A stretch of DNA of 42,952 bases from Octopus sinensis (lineage: Eukaryota). Location: contig NW_021835060.1 of NCBI RefSeq assembly GCF_006345805.1, positions 1 to 42,952 on the forward strand, given 5' to 3'. The notes under the pieces are model-generated. The model worked only from the letters and a program-made list of their open reading frames with translations, ran no database searches and was not told the origin of the DNA. Every line of letters begins with the position of its first letter. Position 1 is the stretch's first letter. Both the position numbers and the translations under genes were made by a program. This document shows positions 35,498 through 42,952 of this stretch, in pieces.

Positions 35498-35554
<57 letters not shown>

Positions 35555-35556
35555 AT

Positions 35557-35905
35557 CATCGTGGCACTCCGTCAGTTCTGACGACTAGGGTTCCAGTCAA
35601 CGGGACGACGAGGGATCCCATCAGCGGAAAAACCAGCCTGTGAAATTAACGTGTAACGTTAACGTAGTTCATGGGGAGATTCATTGTGACACAGAGTGTG
35701 ACGAGGCTGGCCACTTTGAAATACAGGTACAACAGAAAAAGGAGGAGTGAGAGAAAGTTGGGGTGAAAGAATACAGCAGGATTCACCACAACCCCCTGCC
35801 GAACACTCGTAGATCTTTAGATGTTTTCGCTCAATAAACATTCACAACTCCCAGTCTGGGGATCGAAACCTCGATCGTACGACTGCGAGTCCGCTGCCCT
35901 GCCAT
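35557..35905 (-). mobile_element. tRNA-derived SINE family C (degenerate)
   Basis: Homologous to 18237-18603 and 26692-27056. Confidence 0.85.
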
Positions 35906-35929
35906 GGGACCCGCAACATAAAAAAAGAA

Positions 35930-37225
<1,296 letters not shown>

Positions 37226-37231
37226 TAATAT

Positions 37232-37331
37232 TTAGCGGAAGTAATAGAGTGACCCAGGATACGACAGTTTCGTGCGTAGGCACTAACGCATGAAACCCTC
37301 GGACGTTGGGTCACACTGTCACTTCTGTTAA
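37232..37331. other. 100-nt extended stem-loop (unassigned)
   Basis: TTAGCGGAAGT/ACTTCTGTTAA, GTGACCCA/TGGGTCAC, GTTTCGTGCGT/ACGCATGAAAC. Confidence 0.5.
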
Positions 37332-37355
37332 GTATTAATAAAAAATATACAAATC

Positions 37356-37592
37356 CAATAATCCCCAGCCATATCGCGTTCCCCCTATCGCGGTACACTT
37401 ATCGCGCGGCTTGTTATTTAAGGTTACGTCGATTCCTCCGTGGTGTTATTTTGCATTTATAAGAAAATAAATATATACAAATTATGGAAAGAATTTTAAA
37501 AATTTATACAGTACTGTTTCTACTTTTTGGATTTACACCAATCGCGGGGCTTGGGTTGGAACGTAACACCCGTGAACGCCGAGGGATTACTG
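37356..37592. mobile_element. Tigger/pogo-like MITE (degenerate)
   Basis: CA(G/A)TAATCCC...ATCGCG left end and GAGGGATTACTG right end form imperfect CAGTA-type TIRs, with internal ATCGCG repeats. Confidence 0.6.
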
Positions 37593-37626
37593 TCATTTGG
37601 AGTTTGCACCAGCATACTTTTACGTA

Positions 37627-37665
<39 letters not shown>

Positions 37666-37710
37666 TATATCTACGTACATACATAAAGATATATACATTT
37701 ATTATATATA

Positions 37711-37769
<59 letters not shown>

Positions 37770-37971
37770 TAAATTATTGCTATTATAATATAAACATGCA
37801 CACATCCCAGAATCCTTCTCCTGCTATAGACACAAAGTGTTTAAGTTTGGTGTGGGGTGGCTAGTTAATTCCATCAACCCCCAGTTTTAAACTGGTATCT
37901 ATTTCACTGACACAGGAAGGCTGAATCAGAGGCACAATCTCGACTAAAATAATGTAAGAAAATACAAAGGT

Positions 37972-38129
37972 GCGGGAATGCCTGTATGGTAAATAGCATG
38001 CTTACCAACCAGATGGTTCCGGATTCAGTCCCACTGTGTGGCACCTAGGGCAAATGTTTTCTACTATAGCCTCGGGCAGACCAAAGCCTTGTGAGTGGAT
38101 TTGGAAGAGGGAAACTGAAAGAAGCCCAT

Positions 38130-38191
<62 letters not shown>

Positions 38192-38397
38192 GATGTATGT
38201 ATGTATGTATGTATGTATGTATGTATGTATGTGTATATGTGTGTGTGTTTCTCCCGCCACAACTTCACTTGACAACCGATGACTGTGTGTTTACGTCCCC
38301 GGCTTACAAAGGATAAGTCCTGGGGGTCGATTTGCTCGTCTGAAGGCGTCGCTGCAGCAGGACTGTAGTCATATTAATGACACAAATAAAAGAAATA
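37972..38397 (+). mobile_element. family B SINE
   Basis: Colinear with 33250-33680. Confidence 0.85.
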
Positions 38398-38477
38398 ACA
38401 ATTGTAATAATTCCTAATTTTAGTAAAAGATCGTTAATTTCCCTCCAATACATTACTTCATTAGTGTATTATTCTAT

Positions 38478-38580
38478 AATCCCCGAAAGGCAAAAGCGGA
38501 TTTGACGCAGTTTGAACCCAGTGTTACCTAAAGTGCTTCTAAACATTTTATCCGACACGCTAACGATACCGCAAACTGAA
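38478..38580 (-). mobile_element. degenerate family A SINE fragment
   Basis: Minus strand ATCGTTAGCGTGTCGGATAAAATG..GGGTTCAAA..GCCTTTCGGGG. Confidence 0.6.
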
Positions 38581-38654
38581 TTCGTTAATTCGCACATTCA
38601 TACACTCACAAATCCATAGACATTTCGCATATGTTTGTTCCCATAGCAAAGTGA

Positions 38655-38705
38655 GTGTGTAAACGGATGTTTATGCATATATGCATATATATATCATATA
38701 TATAC

Positions 38706-38758
<53 letters not shown>

Positions 38759-38824
38759 GTATGTATGTATATATATGTATATGTATGTATACATATATAT
38801 TGTGTGTGTGTATGTATGTATTAT

Positions 38825-38866
<42 letters not shown>

Positions 38867-39498
38867 GTATATATATATACGTACATATGTATACATATAT
38901 ACAGAGGGGTATTTGCACACACATATATATATATGCAGAGTGATATGTGTACATAAGTGTATATGTACATATATGTATATATGTGTGCGTGTGTTCTTGT
39001 GTTTGTATGCATTTATAAATATATATATATATATATGTATGTATGTGTATGTATGTATGTGTGTATGTATGTATTTGTGTATGTATGTATACACACATAT
39101 ATAAGACGTATTTAGTAGAAAACAGGAAAAATTCAAAAAGGAGACATTTCATCCAGTTTCTCCTCCATACGACTTTCTAATCCTGGAATCAACCCACAGA
39201 CAAGTGTGTCCATTGTTTCATAGAACACTTATTCAACATTTCGCTGCATTGTACTTATTCTTTTGGATCCATCCTATAGATTGTACACTCACAGAGACAT
39301 ACAAACACACATACACACGCAAACATGCACACATATATATATACACTCACACATACATATATATATACATATCTATATATGAATATATATGTATATATAT
39401 ATATATATACATATATATACACACACACATATATATAAATACACATATTTATGTATATAAACGCATATGTTTTTTTGTATATATATTAGATATAAATA

Positions 39499-39534
<36 letters not shown>

Positions 39535-39647
39535 ATCTATATATATAAATACATAGATATACATATATATCTCATTCTCCTATAATATAATATATCATAT
39601 AGTAATACATATATACACACACACACACATATATATATATTATATAT

Positions 39648-39697
<50 letters not shown>

Positions 39698-40530
39698 AAT
39701 AAAGAGTTATATATAAAGAACGTGAAATACACGAAGGGACGAACACGGAAAACAGACAAGTCATTCGAAGCCTTCAATCTTTATATATATAGGTATATAT
39801 TATATTATACATAACGTGTATGAATGTCAACGGTACTTGACTGAATTCGTTCATACAAACCTCAGTGAATGCGTCTGGATTTCGGTGTGTACGTAATGAT
39901 TGCTACACAAAAAGTTATTCAACATTTGTCTATTTTAGAATTATATGAATATGCATATATAATTATATGTATACGTACATATCTCATATGCATATATATA
40001 TACATGTGTGTGTGTGTCTGTGTGTGTGAGTGTTTACGTATACATATATGCACATACAATTATGCTTATATATATATATGTACACACACATACACACTCA
40101 CACACACTCACACACACAAACACACACACACACACATATATACATTGAATGGATGGATATATATTATAGAAGAAATATTAATATGTCTATACAGATATAT
40201 ATGAATATATATATATATATACATGTAAATATAGATATAACTATATATGTTTTATATATATATACCTATATTTATTTATATATATCTTTAATATCACTAA
40301 ATAAATATGGGATATAGGTGAATAAATGAAATGTATCTGTGAGTATGTATACATGTATATATATGTGTGTGTGTATATATATATGCATATATATATGTGT
40401 AAGCATATATATATGTATATAAATATAAATATATATATGCACATATATGTATTCATATATACATGTATGTATGTATATGTATATATGTATATATATTTAC
40501 ATTTATTTGTACATATACACGTATAATATA

Positions 40531-40573
<43 letters not shown>

Positions 40574-41355
40574 TATATATTATATATATATTACGTGTAT
40601 ATGTCAAATAAATGTAAATGTATATACATATATACATATACATATATTTATATATATATATAAATATAAATACACACGTATGTATATATGTATATTCTGA
40701 CACCGACAGACGCATAGGTACAATATTAATATATACACACTCATCCCACAGTCATAGAGCTACACACTAATATATTATGTATAAATATATATGGGAAACA
40801 TTTCGATATGCATACATTAATATAATTATACATATATATATATATATATATACAAATATATATATATATATGTATATATGTGTTTGTGTTTAAGTATATA
40901 TATATATAGATATATATATATATGCACACACAATTATGTTTATACATATATATGTACACACACACACACACACACAAATACATACACACACAATTATATA
41001 TATCTACATTAAATGTTTAACTACGCCCTATAAATTAAATATTCCTCTGGGAATGTATAAGCTTCTCTCTATAAACATGATTTTTCTTTGTTGTGTGTTC
41101 ATCTATTTTGCTTTCCCTAGAAGCTTGCTTTGAGTGTTGTTGTGGTGGATATTAAACAACGTCTCTCCGACATATTACAGTTGTTGCTTCATATCCAGTT
41201 ATTTCATTGCTGAGAATTAAGGGAAGATGTCAGCCGCGGATTCATTGATTACTACAAAAATAACAAAATATCTACGTTTGTATTTTTCTACCTATCAATA
41301 TTTATAATTAGCTATCACTCCTAGTGTTGTTGTTATACTATTGTTCCCTTGCTTA

Positions 41356-41413
<58 letters not shown>

Positions 41414-41935
41414 CTTTTTTTTATGTCTCTTTCTTCCTTTCTGCCATCTCTCCAATTTTCATTTTTTCCCCTCTTCTCTCCCTATACACTCCACACATAA
41501 ATTATATTATATATATATATATATATATATCTATATATATATATAATATAGCATAAATATATCTTTATATATATATATATATATGTATATACATACATTC
41601 ATACATCCATACATACATGTATACGTATATATAAATAAAATTATTATACATAGCGTGGCTGTTGTTAAGTCGCTTGCTTCCCAGCCACTGGCTCCGCGTT
41701 CAGTCCCACTGTATGACACCGAGGTTAGGTAACTTCTGATATAGTCTCGGGCCCGACCAAAGATTTGTGAGTGGATTTAGTAGGCGGAAACTGGAAAGAG
41801 GCTGTCCAAAATATAAATATATATATATATATATATATGTGTGTGTATATATATATTATATATATAATATTATATATATATATATATAAATATATACATA
41901 TACAGAGGTATAAATATATATGTATATATATATAT

Positions 41936-41971
<36 letters not shown>

Positions 41972-42196
41972 TATAAGATATATACATATATACATATTAT
42001 ACATATATATATATACATATATATATAATATATATATATGTACATATATGTATATAATATACATATATATGAATGTGTGTATATATGTATATATATACAC
42101 ATTATATCTACATGTATGTAGATATAGATACATGCAAGGATCATACATGGATCTACACACATATGTATATATATAATATACGTATACAGACAACAC

Positions 42197-42233
<37 letters not shown>

Positions 42234-42516
42234 AGAGAGATGAGAGAGAGAGATACATACACACACACACACGCACACACACACACACACAAAGATATAT
42301 ATACATATATGCATGCGTATTTGAATGCGCATGTTTGTATATCTAAATACCCACATATGAATACATGTTTCTATCCTTGCGACTCAGTGTATATACATGT
42401 GTGTATGTATTTGTATGTATATTATATATATACATATTTTATATATGTGTAATGTATATGTTATATATATATATATTTGTATGTATATATATATGTACAC
42501 ACACACAACACACCAC

Positions 42517-42551
<35 letters not shown>

Positions 42552-42720
42552 TACATATATTTATATATTTGCATATATATAAAAACATGTATGTATATAT
42601 ATATATGTATATATATCTACATATATATATATAAATACCTATCTATATTCATATATTTATATATGTATATATATAAATATGTAGATAGGTAGATAGACAT
42701 ATATATATATATTCATATAT
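38655..42720. repeat. extended compound microsatellite field (TA, TG, CA, CT, TACA) with short unique spacers
   Basis: Read directly; it explains the YI/HT/CV ORFs. Confidence 0.9.
41653..41810 (+). mobile_element. family B SINE 5' part
   Basis: GCGTGGCTGT..CGTTCAGTCCCACTG..GTGAGTGGATTTAGTAGGCGGAAACTG. Confidence 0.8.
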
Positions 42721-42769
42721 GTATATATGTGTGTGTGTGCGCGTTGTGTGTGTGTGTGTGACCGCGTGT

Positions 42770-42952
42770 GTATCGTTGGCGATTTTCTTTTTCTGTCTTC
42801 TCTTCCTTGGACCTGTCCTTTTTCTGACGAAGAGCTCCGCTCGAAACGTTCAATCCTCCTCTTTTCTTTCTTTCCTGAGCATCCAATAACCATTATACTT
42901 GTTCCACGTCCTCGCGTTGTTTTATTTCTCTTGTGGTTTTAGTTAGGATTAA
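42770..42952 (+). mobile_element. Penelope-like tail (GAGC-TCC-GCTC family) with hammerhead motif at 42817-42853; runs off the window
   Basis: CTGACGA(42824-30)-A-GAGC[TCC]GCTC-GAAAC-GTT. Intact core and triplet, poor stem I. Followed by the same tail as 34575-653. Confidence 0.75.

Larger units (their letters stand above)
35218..35502. repeat. near-perfect palindrome, about 137-bp arms, 5-nt loop
   Basis: Arms 35218-354 and 35360-502, loop GCTGT. Two substitutions plus a small duplication near the outer end. Confidence 0.95.

Overview
AT-rich, microsatellite-saturated animal DNA. The repeat landscape resembles that of an octopus or other coleoid cephalopod (inference; no database search was run). 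I recognise no host protein-coding exon, so the window is probably intronic or intergenic, and almost all ORF-track entries are translations of (TA)n, (CA)n, (TACA)n or (TATC)n repeats. Supported content: two decayed mariner transposons, three CR1/L2-group LINE 3' fragments, one Tx1/L1-like LINE fragment, about 20 tRNA-derived SINE pieces from four families, a Tigger/pogo-like MITE, a tRNA-like Pol III unit inside a long inverted repeat, and several fold-back palindromes. The main unexplained signal is 11 minimal type-I hammerhead-ribozyme-like motifs from about six sequence families. They lie in short Penelope-like or retrozyme-like tails that mostly abut (TA)n microsatellites. They show four different self-complementary stem III sequences, a compensatory U3-A8 core, two head-to-head palindromic pairs, and one 383-bp unit with 79-bp terminal direct repeats. 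All RNA structures were folded by eye and no activity is shown.
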